A stretch of 64,000 nucleotides of DNA from Haliotis cracherodii (lineage: Eukaryota): the NCBI RefSeq assembly GCF_022045235.1, contig NW_027266264.1:22382001-22446000 (forward strand), written 5' to 3'. Shown here piece after piece: positions 45,921 through 60,684 of the stretch. Made by a program: the position numbers and the translations under genes. Under the pieces are notes generated by a model. The model did not search any database, was not told where the DNA came from, and saw only the letters and a program-made list of their open reading frames with translations. Numbering within the stretch: the first letter of the stretch is position 1; every line of letters begins with the position of its first letter.

Positions 45921-48704
45921 ACTTGGGCGATTTCAATTTAAAACTTGGAAAGACTTAGAAAATACTTGTCTTCGCTTAACTGGTGAAAGAACTTCAGCGC
46001 AAATTCGATAAAGCTATGGCAGCGGCTATGTTTTCGGAACCCGGACGTTAATTTTGTGAAACGTTCGCTGATTGGACTATCCATATGTGCGATAGTCCAA
46101 TCATATTTAGCACAGAAAAGTAGGCTTGATGTGGCAAGGATGGAAACTAGACTTTGATAAATAAGCTAGTGGTCGCCCATACCTTTGGAAGATGGAAGAA
46201 CCTCGACCTTTTTCAGCACGTTGCCAAGCTCTCTTGCAGAGCCTTGTTGGTTTCATACACGTGCAATCTTAATATAGATTTAAACATATTAGAAACAAAT
46301 ATGCTAAATGCTGCTTTCAATCAGGCCAAAGTTTCCAAATAACCACTAGAGAGAAGCTGCATGTCTCTGATGACAACACGCGGGACAGGTACGTTGAAAG
46401 ACGTTGACGGTGCATGACGTTGCTGTACACGATGACGTCTCCCAACGAAGTAGGAGGAGGCGAGGAGATGGGGCTCATACGAGGACAATGAGATCTTAAG
46501 AGCGCCGCTGATTTCCGTCCAGTTATAACCTTCATAGCAAGAGTTCTCTGACGAAATCAATGACATCAAACCGAGCCATCTCAGAAGGTCCTCCGTAGAC
46601 TTGAATGCACGTCCGATCCGTGTTCACGCCAGGAATAGTACCTGTCCATAAAGATGAAACCATTGCTATTTGTTTCTGTGTCATCTTAGATTTGTGTCTG
46701 GACTGACATTGGTGCTGTGGACTAGCTAGTGTACAGCTCTGGCCAAGGTTCATAACCCCAAGATCGTACCTCCCTTACTATGATCAAAAGAACGGTAGAC
46801 CTTGAATAAATATATTACGCCTTGAAACTTCAATCCAATATAGAAGCCATGCTATATATAACATCAACGCAAAGAAATAACCATTCTCGACTATCCATCG
46901 AAACAGATTTCATTGAGCGTAAACGGATCACTAGTTTAGTGATGACACCATGTGCTCCCCAAAAGGGCAATACTGTCCAGCACTACCAGCAGCCACCAAC
47001 ACAGGTTGCAATAAAAGTATGTTTGTTGCCACACCACAGTACTGCCATGCGACTGCGGCCTGAAAACAAACCAGACAATCAAGTGATGGACCAAAACAAT
47101 ACTCGAATACCAACTGTCAACATTTGGATCGATTGCTACAGTACTGAAAATATTATGATATGTATCATCGGATTTTACAAACTGAACGAATTTCTGAACA
47201 TGGTTTAACCTATATTTAACTACTCAATGTAAACCAGACTAGCTTGAGTTTGCATGTGTTTGTGACGGGTGGGACAGTATACGCTCCCCTTTTCACGAAC
47301 ACCTGCTATATCATCACTATTTGATAGTGATTTTACAAAGTCATGACATAGTCGTATTCGTACAATTGACTCCGCTTCAAGCAGAGAGTTCCTATGATCA
47401 TAGACAGGGTTTGTCGCTTCTATCTAATGCTTGTGAAGTAAAAAAACAACTATTCAAACCAAATGTTTCCTTCTCATCTTGAACTGCTCTCCTTCGTTAT
47501 TATGAGGAATTAAAATATAGACATTTTATGGATTCAAAAAACACCATGCCTTTACAGAATAACAGAATATGTTTAAATATAGTTCATAACTGTTTAAATT
47601 TTAATTTGAAATGATTTTTTTTCAGATAGACCCGGGTTCGATTCCCCACATTTCGTAATACTTCAGACCAAAGGGATAAGTTTGGAGTTACGTGCTTTTA
47701 AAACATCGCAGAATGTCATAAATAAGAACATGATGACAGCTACACCCGCCTTTGAGTAGGACGAGAGGGCAATACGATATGCACAAAGTATTAAATACAC
47801 AGTTGACAATTGAAGTATTGCCGGACAGTGCTTAGTTAATCGTGTAACAGCTATTATTGGTTTGATCCTCAGGAGATAGTTCTGAGTGTGTTACTGCTTT
47901 CAAGGTATCCTTGTTGCACATCCGTTGGTCGCACTACGAGAGACATGAAAGCAATTCATTTAGTTCAACAGCCAAGTTGCTAAAACGTTTGATTAACGTA
48001 AAGCAATGAAGAGACGGTTACCGAAACATATTGATGAATGATGGATTCAGCATGATATTTTTTGAGTAATTTAATTTGTCCAACTAGTAGTATGTGATGT
48101 GATAGAAACATACACGATGGACGTTGTTGGTTCAAAACAGAAGTTGGCTGGTGGTATTTAAGAACCACGCGGTGAGTACAAAGTAATTTTACAAGTCACT
48201 ATTTATGCTTTATATAACAGGTAGGACAAACTATAGTTGATGAAATGCTGCCAACATAAAAAAATATGTATGAATGCATTGATATCCATCAGCTAGTTCC
48301 TCGTTTATTCAACAAAACGCTCCGAAATTGGAGTTCCACAGGTATTCAACCAAATCACCTCACTCACTCAACATACGAATGTATAAAGCATCCGGGATGC
48401 GAAGGAGCTGCTGATGGTGTTGTTATCAGAAAGGCATTGGAGTTGGCAATTGGTCACAGTGTCTCTGTGTTCTCTGGATTACCCGAATGTTCTCATCCTG
48501 CTATTACACAGTGCACCAGGTGAGCACCGGAAGACATTCACACGAAGAGATCTACTCCATCAAGAATGGAAGTTAATTTTTGAAATGAGATGTCTTATTG
48601 CTTAGTTTTCGTATAGGCCATGTCGGAATGTGACTCTTCTTAACTGAGATCAGCAGTTTAATTCTGTCTGCTTCAATTACGAAAGAGACAATTACAATGA
48701 CAAC

Positions 48705-49428
48705 ATCAGCCTCGTGTACATGAACAACACCTGCCTCGTGTACATGAACAACACCTGCCTCGTGTACATGAACAACACCTGCCTCGTGTCCAAGAACAAC
48801 ACCAGCCACGTGTACATGAACAACACCTGCCTCGTGTCCAAGAACAACACCAGCCTCGTGTACATGAACAACACCTGCCTCGTGTCCAAGAACAACACCA
48901 GCCACGTGTACATGAACAACACCTGCCTCGTGTTCAAGAACAATACCTGCCTCGTGTACATGAACAACACCTGCCTCGTGTTCAAGAACAACACCTGCCT
49001 CGTTTACATGAACAACACCTGCCTCGTGTACATGAACAACACCTGCCTCGTGTACATGAACAACACCTGCCTCGTGTCCAAGAACAACACCAGCCACGTG
49101 TACATAAACAACACCTGCCTCGTGTACATGAACAACACCTGCCTCGTGTACATGAACAACACCTGCCTCGTGTCCAAGAACAACACCAGCCTCGTGTACA
49201 TGAACAACACCTGCCTCGTGTCCAAGAACAACACCAGCCACGTGTACATGAACAACACCTGCCTCGTGTTCAAGAACAACACCAGCCTCGTGTACATGAA
49301 CAACACCTGCCTCGTGTTCAAGAACAACACCTGCCTCGTGTACATGAACAACACCTGCCTCGTGTTCAAGAACAACACCTGCCTCGTGTACATGAACAAC
49401 ACCTGCCTCGTGTACATGAACAACACCT
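48705..49428. repeat. 24-bp minisatellite (aacaacacctgcctcgtgtacatg)
   Basis: Directly visible; open in several frames only because the unit is stop-free and a multiple of 3. Confidence 0.95.
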
Positions 49429-49463
49429 CACCTTTTGTCGAACACCTGGTATCATCACTATTT

Positions 49464-49823
49464 GGTGAGGTGAGGGGAAATTGGGTTTAACGTCGCGTCC
49501 AAGATTATTGCACTTATATAGCGACGTGCATGCACGTGTGTGTACGTGTGTGTGCGTGCGTGCGTACGTGCGTGCGTGCGTGCGTGTGTGTGTGTGTGTG
49601 GCTGCTTGTACTAATCCGGACTGATGCCGATTTTTAGTGCTAGCTCACTGAATACCATGCCGCAGTTTAACATGAATACCCTTACTTAAACACGGTATAC
49701 TGACTCCGAGCAGACCAGTCCTTGTTTTAGCCCCTAAATGCCGAGCGCCAGACATGGTAACAACAAGTACCATCTTTTAACGTCTTTTGGTATGACGCGG
49801 CCGGGGATCGAACCCCGGACCTC
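49464..49823 (-). mobile_element. SINE family A copy, 5'-truncated
   Basis: Homologous to 462-883 from the B box onward. Confidence 0.85.
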
Positions 49824-50378
49824 TGGTAATGATTCAGTAACACGTGCTCATGATATAGTCGGTATCGGATTTCTGACTACTAAAATACCTTCGTCCCTTT
49901 CATGTAAATCAAATGGAATGGTGTGTATAAGAGCGTATTTGAATTGATTTCAGGTGAGTAAAATGAATATTATCATATCAACTTCCCTAACCTAACTAAT
50001 TAGTGTTTTATTTTATTTCGGGATAATACCTTCCAGATATGTACAGATTAACACAAGAGACCAAGGCATTACTCCAGTGGATGTACAAAGCCCGAACTAA
50101 TTGTCATCAAATTTGAAACAAGTTGTCAAGAAAAAAAGGAATTGCTGCCACAAAGAATACATTGTTGCAATGCATTTTTCTTTCAAATAATTCAGGCTCA
50201 CAGTTTTAAATAAAAATATATGTGGTTTTGCAGCTGAAGCTCCATACACAATCCCAGCCCCAAGAATATCAAATTGTCGGTCCCTTTTTACACAGATAAT
50301 AAAAGATAATACATTGCGACCAGTAACTGTAGGACAGTAATAGTGGATGGGTACACGTGCTTGTGTACATTGTCAAAG

Positions 50379-50624
50379 GACCCATGAAGATCTGGGGTCA
50401 TCATCAACCCATGCTTGCCGTAAGAGGTGACAATGCTTGTCATAAGAGGCGACTAACGGGATCGGGTGGTGTCGCTCGCTGACTTGGTTGATGCACGTCA
50501 TCGTATCCTAATTGCGTGGATCGATGCTCATGATGTCAATCACTGAATTGTCTTGTCCAAACTCGATTATTTACAGACCGCCGTCATGTATCTGGATTTT
50601 GCAGCGGCGTTAAACATCAAACAA
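50379..50624 (+). mobile_element. Family C copy
   Basis: gaccc start; 12-bp TSD acattgtcaaag. Confidence 0.87.
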
Positions 50625-52544
50625 ACATTGTCAAAGTCCAGGTAACCCTTCAGTACAGAGTTGCAGGTATGGCAACCTGCATGTAGATTTGGGATCAACA
50701 TTACATGACGACATCGTGACAGTTCTCTTAATAATTTCTAAAGAGTGACAAAGAATTTCGTAGGATAATCTGTACCAACGATCACTGTTGGTTTATTTTG
50801 GTGTTTGATTTCGTTGAAAACAATGTTAAGAAACATTGAAATGAGAAGAGTACATTCATCGATTTCTGTTATGTTTCAGTGTCGGTCGATGCTCCTGACT
50901 GATAAAATATGTCATAATAAGTCTGCGGGAGAACAGTACCAAGAGAAAGTAAATCATTAGCGAAAATACAAATCTGCAAACATAGCTGTAAGGCTGAGTA
51001 AGTGTAAGCAATATACTGATACGCGTGTGTGTTCCTCTCTAGGTTCCATGTACTCAAGCACGAATGCTCTACCACTTTCAGAAACTAACTAATGTCTCAA
51101 AGTTGATCAATTTGCCTAAGAGATGGCTCTTGCAGCTTGCGGCAACACTTCAGTAGAAATGAAAGCATTAATAAAGAGGCGGTTCGCCCACTTCACAAGA
51201 AAATATTAATTTTAATAACCAATGATGAAGACGAGATTCCTCCAGCCCGAAGGCAAAGTCAAAGGTCAGCCATGATGTTATGACATGGTGATGGGTATGA
51301 AAACATGTCCGAAATACATTTATGACTGGCCAATATTTGACTCAGACTGGAAACCGACAAACACAACCTGATTTGGAGCCTAGGGTGGCAAGGGAAGTTC
51401 TTGGTCGTCTATGTCTACATGCTCAGTGAAGGGCGAAACCCTATAAAATGAAGGTCGATGTCAAATACAGCGTCATTTAAGTATTGCCTATTTAAGCGTT
51501 GTTTAGTTAAACGGGGGTACCTTGTTGACTGCGTGTCATTGTGTCTCCTTGGCATGGATCAATGTACTGATGTCCCTATTTCTCTGTGTTTTTCACTGAT
51601 ATATCGAACTTATTCGTATGTCGAATCGGGATCCCTGGAGTAGTCTAGTGGTTAAAGCGTTCGCTCGTCACGCCAAAGATCCGGATTCAGTTTCCCACAG
51701 GGTTACACTTACGCCGGTTCACAAACGACTAGTAAATGGGCACGTTTTCATGCAGAGCAAATAGACAAGCCAGGCATAACCATGAAACGTCTTCGTAAAG
51801 AAAGCGAAAACACAAAGTCATCGATATTCCCCGACCTTTTAGGTACGTTGAAAATACCACAGAAAACTATACAACAAGACATTGTGAAGATTGGCGAGGT
51901 AAATACATAGTATTTATTCCAAATACACGGATTTTACCATCCTAAAACACACGAGCGTGATAACCTCTTCATCCTACAACGTCATTCTTAATTTTCTCAC
52001 AAACGATACCTAAACATTGCAAGTTTTCCTGCAATGTGCACATTGATATATTATGTCACAATGTTAATGATTAGACAGTCGGACACTGACAAGAGCCAGT
52101 GCTTGCTTTTTTGGGCCATCAAACAGTCGAGTGTTTCCTGTCAGAGTCAGTTAGTGCGAGTGCGTTGACCTTACCGTTTCATTCGTTGTTTTTTACCTGC
52201 CGAGAAACCCACCAACCAAATCGCTCACACAGACAAACACACACACACACACACACACACGCACGCACACACCCAAGCACACATACACTCACACGCATAT
52301 ATATATGGTTATTCTTAAAGCTTGCGGCTACAACTGACATTACGAATGAAAAGACTACACCAAATGCTTCCCGCTATTCTTTAAATGCGTTCTATAGTTT
52401 CCAATGGCGTGAATAATTATATATTACTTTTCAATTGACAGAATTGTTTACGCTTGCACAGTTACATATGGTTTATGAGTTGAGTCTAGCATGTTAATGC
52501 CTTAGAAATGCAGGGCAGACAAAACATGGCTAAAAGGATCTTAA

Positions 52545-53485
52545 ACAGAACAGTAAATAGAACATGAAAAACAGTGGATAGGACAGAATAACACTGATTA
52601 GAAGAGAAGAACAGGGAATAGACGAACAATGAATAAAACAGGACAATAACCAGAACAGCAAACAGGAGAATAGTGAGTAGAAGAACAATGAATGGAACAG
52701 AAGGACAGTGAAGAGAACAGCGACAGGAGAATAGTGAACAGAAGAATAATGAATAGGAAAGAAGAACAGTGAATAGAACAGCAACAGGAAAATAGTGAAT
52801 AGAAGAACACTGAATAGATAAGAAGAACAGCGAACAGAAGAATAGTGAACAGAAAAACCATGAATAGGGCAGAAGAACAGTGAATAGAACAGAAGAACGA
52901 TAAAGAGAACAGAAGAACGGCGAATAGAACAGAAGAACAGTGACTGGAACAGAAAAACTATGAATAGAACAGTAGAACGAGAAAGAGAACAGAAGAGCGG
53001 TGAATAAAACAGAAGAACAGTGACTGGAACAGAAGAATAATTGATAGAACAGAAGAACAGTGAATATATCAGAATAACAGTGAGACTGTATAGAACAGAA
53101 GAACAGTGAGACTGTATAGAACAGAAGAACAATGAATCGAACAGAAGAACAGTGAGACTTTATAGAACAGAAGAACAATGAATAGAACAGAAGAACAATG
53201 AGACTGTATAGAACAGAAGAACAATGAATAGAACAGAAGAACAATGAATAGAACAGAAGAACAGTGAGACTGTATAGAACAGAAGAACAATGTATAGAAC
53301 AGAAGAACAGTGAGACTGTAAAGAACAGAAGAACAGTGAGACTGTATAGAACAGAAGAACAATGAATAGATCAGAAGAACAGTGAGACTGTATAGAACAG
53401 AAGAACAATGAGACTGTATAGAACAGAAGAACAATGAATAGAACAGAAGAACAGTGAGACTCTATAGAACAGAAGAACAGTGAGG
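52545..53485. repeat. Purine-rich AGAAC-based compound tandem repeat
   Basis: tagaacagaagaacagtgagactg units. Confidence 0.92.
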
Positions 53486-54299
53486 CTGTTCGAGGTAGAC
53501 CTGGGGAGAATATGAAAAACATTGCTCGGTGCCGTGCTGTGCTATCCTGCACGGGTAATCTTGGCGGCGTGAGAGGCGGATTTCGTGAACATTACTGCCA
53601 CTAACTTTACAATTTAAGAGACGATCGAGGACTGAAGCAACTGTTTAAGTAATTCAGGGAAACAATTGGGTCAATGAGTTCAATCAGTTTCTTGTATTGT
53701 GTGTCAGTTTGGCATTGTGTGCGTAAATCCAACAGATTACAGAACATTGGATTAGTGGTACCAAGTGTCTATACTTTGGTGATTAAATATTAAAGTACAG
53801 ATAATGTACGCCGGATAATATTTTAAGCACAAGCATTTGGCATTACGAAGTACAATGTATAGACATTGACCTAAAGTCTGTTACATGCTCTCGGCACTGT
53901 CTTTTGAAACAAATACTGTTTTGTTTTAAAATTAAAAGCGACAAAACCATTTCCATACTCATAAGAAATGGCTGCCAAAAGCAAAAACGTTTTTCGCTGG
54001 ACATACTGGATATCGTGAGAGAAATGTGTTGTGAAAAAGGGAGTTTGTCCCACCTGATACATGGAGGATAGGTCGGCCTTGAATGTGGATTCCTTGTATT
54101 TACGTCAGATGAGTCTTTTTATAACATTTGTAACTAACAAAGTCATAAAAACAGTCCCATAAATGTACGTCTTAGTATGATCATGTAGGTGTGTCGCGTT
54201 AAATGTATATCGTTTAGTAAACACAGTATACGTACTCATATCTTATCGTGACTGCGGTTTATCGTTTTAGTCCTAGTAGTATATCGGGACGTCGCATAG

Positions 54300-56310
54300 A
54301 CGCTGTAGTATTAACACCGTAGCATTGACGCTGTGGTGATAACACTGTAGCAATGACATCGTAGTGATATCACCGTAGCCATGAAATCGTAGTGATATTA
54401 CCGTAGCCATGACGTTGTAGTGATAACACCGTAGCAATCAAGTTTTAGTGATAACACCGTAGCAATGACGGTATAGTGATAACACCGTAGCAGTGACGTT
54501 GTAGTGATAACACCGTAATGGCAACGTTGTAGTGATAACACCGTAATGGCAACGTTGTAGTGATAACACCGTAGCAATGACGGTGTAGTGACAACACCGT
54601 AGCAATGGCGTTGTAGTGATAACACCGTAGCAATGGCGTTGTAGTGATAACACCGTAGCAATGACGGTATAGTGATAACAACGTAGCAGTGACGTTGTAG
54701 TGATAACACCGTAATGGCAACGTTGTAGTGATAACACCGTAATGGCAACGTTGTAGTGATAACACCGTAGCAATTACGGTGTAGTGACAACACCGTAGCA
54801 ATGGCGTTGTAGTGATAACACCGTAGCAATGGCGTTGTAGTGATAACATCGTAGCAATGACGGTATAGTGATAACAACGTAGCAGTGACGTTGTAGTGAT
54901 AACACCGTAATGGCAACGTTGTAGTGATAACACCGTAATGGCAACGTTGTAGTGATAACACCGTAGCAGTGACGTTGTAGTGATAACATAGTTCAGTGAC
55001 ACTATAGTGATAACACCGTAGAATGACGTTGTGGTGATAACACCGTAACAATGACGTTGTCGTGATAACACCGTAGCAGTGACACTATAGTGATAACACC
55101 GTAGCAGTGACGTTGTGGTGATAACACCGTAGCAATGACGTTGTCGTGATAACACCATAGCAATGACGTTGGCGTGATAACACCGTAGCAGTGACGTTGT
55201 AGTGATAACACAGTTCAGTGACACTATAGTGATAACACCGTAGCAGTGACGTTGTGGTGATAACACCGTAGCAATCACGTGGTCGTGATACCACCGTAGC
55301 AGTGACACTATAGTGATAACACCGTAGCAGTGACGTTGTAGTGATAACACAGTTCAGTGACACTATAGTTGTAACACGGTAGAATGAGGTTGTGGTGATA
55401 ACACCGTAGCAATGACGTTGTCGTGATAACACCGTAGCAGTGACACTAAAGTGATAACACCGTAGCAGTGACGTTGTGGTGATAACACCGTAGCAATGAC
55501 GTTGTAGTGATAACACCGTAGCAATGACACTGTAGTGGTAACACCGTAGCAATCACGTTGTAGTGATAACACCGTAGCAGTGACGTTGTGGTGATAACAC
55601 CGTAGCAATGACGTTGTCGTGATAACACCGTAGCAATGACACTGTAGTGATAACACCGTAGCAATCACGTTGTAGTGATAACATCGTAGCAATGACGGTA
55701 TAGTGATAACACCGTAGCAGTGACGTTGTAGTGATAACACAGTTCAGTGACACTATAGTGATAACACCGTAGCAGTGACGTTGTAGTGATAACACCGTAG
55801 CAATGACGTTGTCGTGATAACACCGTAGCAGTGACACTATAGTGATAACACCGTAGCAGTGACGTTGTAGTGATAACACAGTTCAGTGACACTATAGTGA
55901 TAACACCGTAGCAGTGACGTTGTGGTGATAACACCGTAGCAATGACGTTGTCGTGATAACACCGTAGCAGTGACACTATAGTGATAACACCGTAGCAGTG
56001 ACGTTGTAGTGATAACACCGTAGCAATGACGTTGTCGTGATAATACCGTAGCAATGACACTATAGAGATAGCACCGTACCAATGACGTTGTAGTGATAAC
56101 ACCGTAATGGCAACGTTGTAGTGATAACACTTTAGTTATGACACTGTAGTGATAACACCGTAGCAATGACGTTGTAGTGATAGCACCATAGCAATGACGT
56201 TGTCGTGATAACATCGTAGCAATGACTCTGTAGTGAGAAATCCGTAGCTATGACGTTGTCGTGATACCGCCATAGCAATAACGTTGTAGTGATAACACCT
56301 TAACAGTGAC
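54300..56310. repeat. 28-bp minisatellite (gtagtgataacaccgtagcaatgacgtt), ~70 copies
   Basis: Directly visible. Confidence 0.96.
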
Positions 56311-56710
56311 GCAGGGAACTATATACAAAAACGTGAAGCAGATCTCGTTTCCCTACATGACATAGACATGCACTTATGTCCGTAACACAAGCTCGCCTCC
56401 ATCAGTCCACAGTCGACTGACATTTATATTTTCGAATACATGTTACTTTTATTCTTTGTCACGACGTCTCCGAGCTACCTCTTGCCTTCCAACTCCAAAA
56501 TGAATGTCAAAGACTCCATCTATATTTTTATCATAACAAGCTCGTAAATCAATGTTCGGATGTAAGCCAAGGTGAAGGCTGTACGAAGCCAATGATTATT
56601 CTATTGGAAAAGCTAATTGTCTGTTACAACATATCGATATGTATTCATATAGCTTACGACAAATACTGGATGGGCGCATTTAGAACAACAGCACTAGAAG
56701 AGACAATGCC

Positions 56711-56905
56711 NNNNNNNNNNNNNNNNNNNNNNNNNNNNNNNNNNNNNNNNNNNNNNNNNNNNNNNNNNNNNNNNNNNNNNNNNNNNNNNNNNNNNNNNNN
56801 NNNNNNNNNNNNNNNNNNNNNNNNNNNNNNNNNNNNNNNNNNNNNNNNNNNNNNNNNNNNNNNNNNNNNNNNNNNNNNNNNNNNNNNNNNNNNNNNNNNN
56901 NNNNN
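56711..56905. other. Assembly gap (N run)
   Basis: n characters. Confidence 1.
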
Positions 56906-57319
56906 GATGCTGCTACTACTTAATCTACCTCTACAGTAGTCCAAGCATTCTTTTAAATTTTAAGGAAAGATATTTCAAAATATAACAAATGTCGGGAATT
57001 TAGTTCCTGAACAGATTTTGTCTCATGCAATTCATGCTAAAACGTGTGTTTTACTTGATACTTTAGGCACATTTTATAACCTTGTTTTATTTAATGAGGT
57101 ATGTCTGTCTGCTAGAGAGTATCATGTACCGTGACACAGATCACACCTTGTCCATTATGGGCGTGACACTGGCTGATGGTCCGTATTGTGGTTTTAGAAG
57201 TTAAGGAAGATAGGAAAATATTTCAGGATGCAGTGATGTATCGTATAATATGTAGTTTTTCGGCAGGAAAAAAACAACGAATGAAAACTGTAACCGTTGG
57301 GGTCATTTTCGGATAGATA

Positions 57320-57745
57320 TGAAACAGATCGGGTAGGTCTTTTTTTTATCGAGTCAGAATGCACCATCGGGGGTAATTATTGGGATAATTGTTATCATTA
57401 TCACAAGAACAATCTGATATCAATTATCAGTTTCTAAAAGATGTGGCTGACTTCAATATATCTGTCTTGAAACAGATCGGGTAGGTCTTTTTTTTATCGA
57501 GTCAGAATGCACCATCGAGGGTAATTATTGGGATAATTGTTATCATTATCAAAAGAACAATCTGATATCAATTTTCAGTATCTAAAAGATGTGGCTGACT
57601 TCAATATATCTGTCTTGAAACAGATCGGGTAGGTCTTTTTTTATCGAGTCAGAATGCACCATCGGGGGTAATTATTGGGATAATTGTTATCATTATCAAA
57701 ATAACAATCTGATATCAATTAGCAGTATCTAAGAGATGTAGCTGA
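57320..57745. repeat. ~148-bp tandem repeat x3
   Basis: tgaaacagatcgggtaggtc...gatgtggctga occurs three times. Confidence 0.92.
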
Positions 57746-58799
57746 GGCCTTTTACAAGTGTGGGGAGCATTGGAGCTATAAACTGCAAAGCAATTAAGCT
57801 AAGACGGAAAGGGTAGGTCTATCAGTTCCTATACCTGTGCTTGTAAACCACTACGTCTACGTCGAAATTTTACTTTATTTCATTTTGTCGTTGCGTGGGA
57901 CATATGACTGATTTTCTTAACGTTAGAACAATGTTATGACTAGGTAGACTCTAGTCTCGTAGGTTAGACGAGTCTCTTTTCCTACATGGTAGTTACGCCA
58001 CTCTCTTAATAACAACATTCGTGACCAACTCGTGTTATTCCGGGACAAGCCGAATAGCGACTCGTGTACCTCACGTGGCCATTTTTGCGACCGGGTTCCG
58101 TCTGAGCGCAAACGGGCATACCTAAAACAATTGTCAACTCGTTGCGTAATGGTTCACAAATATTTCCCCATATATTATATATATTTCAGATGCAATTTAA
58201 ATCACATCGGGACATGCGGATTTATACAGTATGATTGAACACATTTAACTGTGTCTTGGGTATATTTTTAGATGCAAGACATATGTAAAATCAAAAATTG
58301 TTTCTGAGGAATTCTTTGACGAAGAACTTGAAATTATACACGCATTCTGATTGGTTTGTCGTAATTTCGTACATAACATTCATCGATAGGGGGACGAGTC
58401 TTCTTGTAGGTTACGGAAAGGGGCGAGTGGTGACGAATATTAATAACGTTTCATTTGGAACCCGTACGTTGCCTGTAACCCGTATGTTCACTGTACGACT
58501 GAATTTGTGACGTAATACATTTAATGCGCAAATTCAAGTACACATGTTCATCTACCTTTTGTGATAGATGTGAATACCCCCTTTTGATGATAGAGCTTTA
58601 GAATGACATATGATAAAGAGATATTCACGTGAGTTTTTGGTAAATTGTAAATATCTTATATTTAGGAATACACTATGTATGTAGCTCGCAAATGTTTATC
58701 ATTTAGTACAGGACAATTACCATCCCAAAAACAACATTCGCGAGCTAGCCTCCATATATAGAAATATCAGGCAATGTGGGTGATAATACCAGTGAGGCA

Positions 58800-60028
58800 G
58801 GTATGTGTGTATTGAACTACAGGTCACGTGGGTGTTCGCAAACGTACGTCATAAGTATGTATTGAACTACAGGTCACGTGGGTGTTCGCAAACGTACGTC
58901 ATAAGTATGTATTGAACTACAGGTCACGTGGGTGTTCGCAAACGTACGTCATAAGTATGTATTGAACTACAGGTCACATGGGTGTTCGCAAACGTACGTC
59001 ATAAGTATGTATTGAACTACAGGTCACATGGGTGTTCGCAAACGTACGTCATAAGTATGTATTGAATTACAGGTCACATGGGTGTTCGCAAACGTGCGGC
59101 ATATATGTGTGTATTGAACTACAGGTCACATGGGTGTTCGCAAACGTACGTCATAAGTATGTTTTGAATTACAGGTCACATGGGTGTTCGCAAACGTGCG
59201 GCATATATGTGTGTATTGAACTACAGGTCACATGGGTGTTCGCAAACGTACGTCATAAGTATGTTTTGAATTACAGTTCACATGGGTGTTCGCAAACGTA
59301 CTGCATATATGTGTGTATTGAAATACAGGTCACATGGGTGTTCGCAAACGTGCGGCATATATGTGTGTATTGAACTACAGGTCACATGGGTGTTTGCAAA
59401 CGTACGTCATAAGTATGTTTTGAATTACAGGTCACATGGGTGTTCGCAAACGTACTGCATATATGTGTGTATTGAACTACAGGTCACATGGGTGTTCGCA
59501 AACGTACGTCATAAGTATGTTTTGAATTACAGGTCACATGGGTGTTCGCAAACGTACGGCATATATGTGTGTATTGAACTACAGGTCACATGGGTGTTCG
59601 CAAACGTACGTCATAAGTATGTTTTGAATTACAGGTCACATGGGTGTTCGCAAACGTACGTCATAAGTATGTATTGAATTACAGGTCACATGGGTGTTCG
59701 CAAACGTACGTCATAAGTATGTATTGAATTACAGGTCACATGGGTGTTCGCAAACGTACTGCATATATGTGTGTATTGAAATACAGGTCACATGGGTGTT
59801 CGCAAACGTACGCCATATATGTGTATTAAAATACAGGTCACATGGGTGTTCGCAAACGTACGTCATAAGTATGTATTGAATTACAGGTCACATGGGTGTT
59901 CGCAAACGTACGTCATAAGTATGTCTTGAAATACAGGTCAAATGGGCGTTCGCAAACGTACGTTATAAGTATGTGTATTGAAATACAGGTCACATGGGTG
60001 TTCGCAAACATATGTCACATGGGTGTTC
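58800..60028. repeat. ~51-bp minisatellite (attgaactacaggtcacatgggtgttcgcaaacgtacgtcataagtatgt)
   Basis: Directly visible. Confidence 0.95.
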
Positions 60029-60684
60029 TGGAATATAAGACATGTGCGTGAAAGAGATTTACATGTACGTCATAGGGGTGTATGGGATATACATGTCGGT
60101 CTAATGGTTGACCAGCGTCTAAGCCCAGCATCACATCGGTTTGCTCATATCCCGAATTGGCATTGATATTATCACTGCCGTGCACAAGTAATAACTTAAC
60201 GAGGGAATATTTGCCTGTTTTCCAATCCTTTTCCCTTTTTTTTGGAAACACATTATTTCACTTCGTGACTTCTCCCAAATTCACTTGACACGCTATGAAG
60301 TTCCCTTCTAATTAGGATGCTATGAGTAGTCGTAGTTGCTGCCGAGGATGATGGAAGAAAACACCGTTCCTAGTGACAGCACCTACCAACAGGTATATGT
60401 CACAATATCTCACAACAGGCAGTGGCTGAGCTCTGACACGAACTAACATCCGATCAATAACACTGTGATAAGTTTTACAATGAAAAGTCATTACCAACCT
60501 GCCATTACCATCTTCGATCTGACGCTTTTGTATGTGTTGTAATAGTTGGAATGACGTCATCATCATTATAATCCTTATTCAGGAAGGTTCCTTTATGAAT
60601 GATCTATAGATTTCCATGGTAACATATGGAAAAATGTATATACGATAAGCATGCATGTTACCTTGTCCAAGGGACTTTGGATTC

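Noticed and set aside
46317-46753. Candidate 5' coding exon of the SLC35F gene
   Set aside because: No convincing donor in the required phase and no recognisable SLC35F N-terminal similarity; more likely transposon debris
48573-49490. Long His/Val/Glu or Asn/Cys repeat ORFs (222-258 aa)
   Set aside because: By-product of a stop-free 24-bp unit open on both strands; no splice or start context supporting a gene
54398-56214. Multiple 100-300 aa Cys/His-rich ORFs (similar ones at 14181, 31501, 52486, 59032 and 60651)
   Set aside because: All lie entirely within tandem repeats and overlap in several frames
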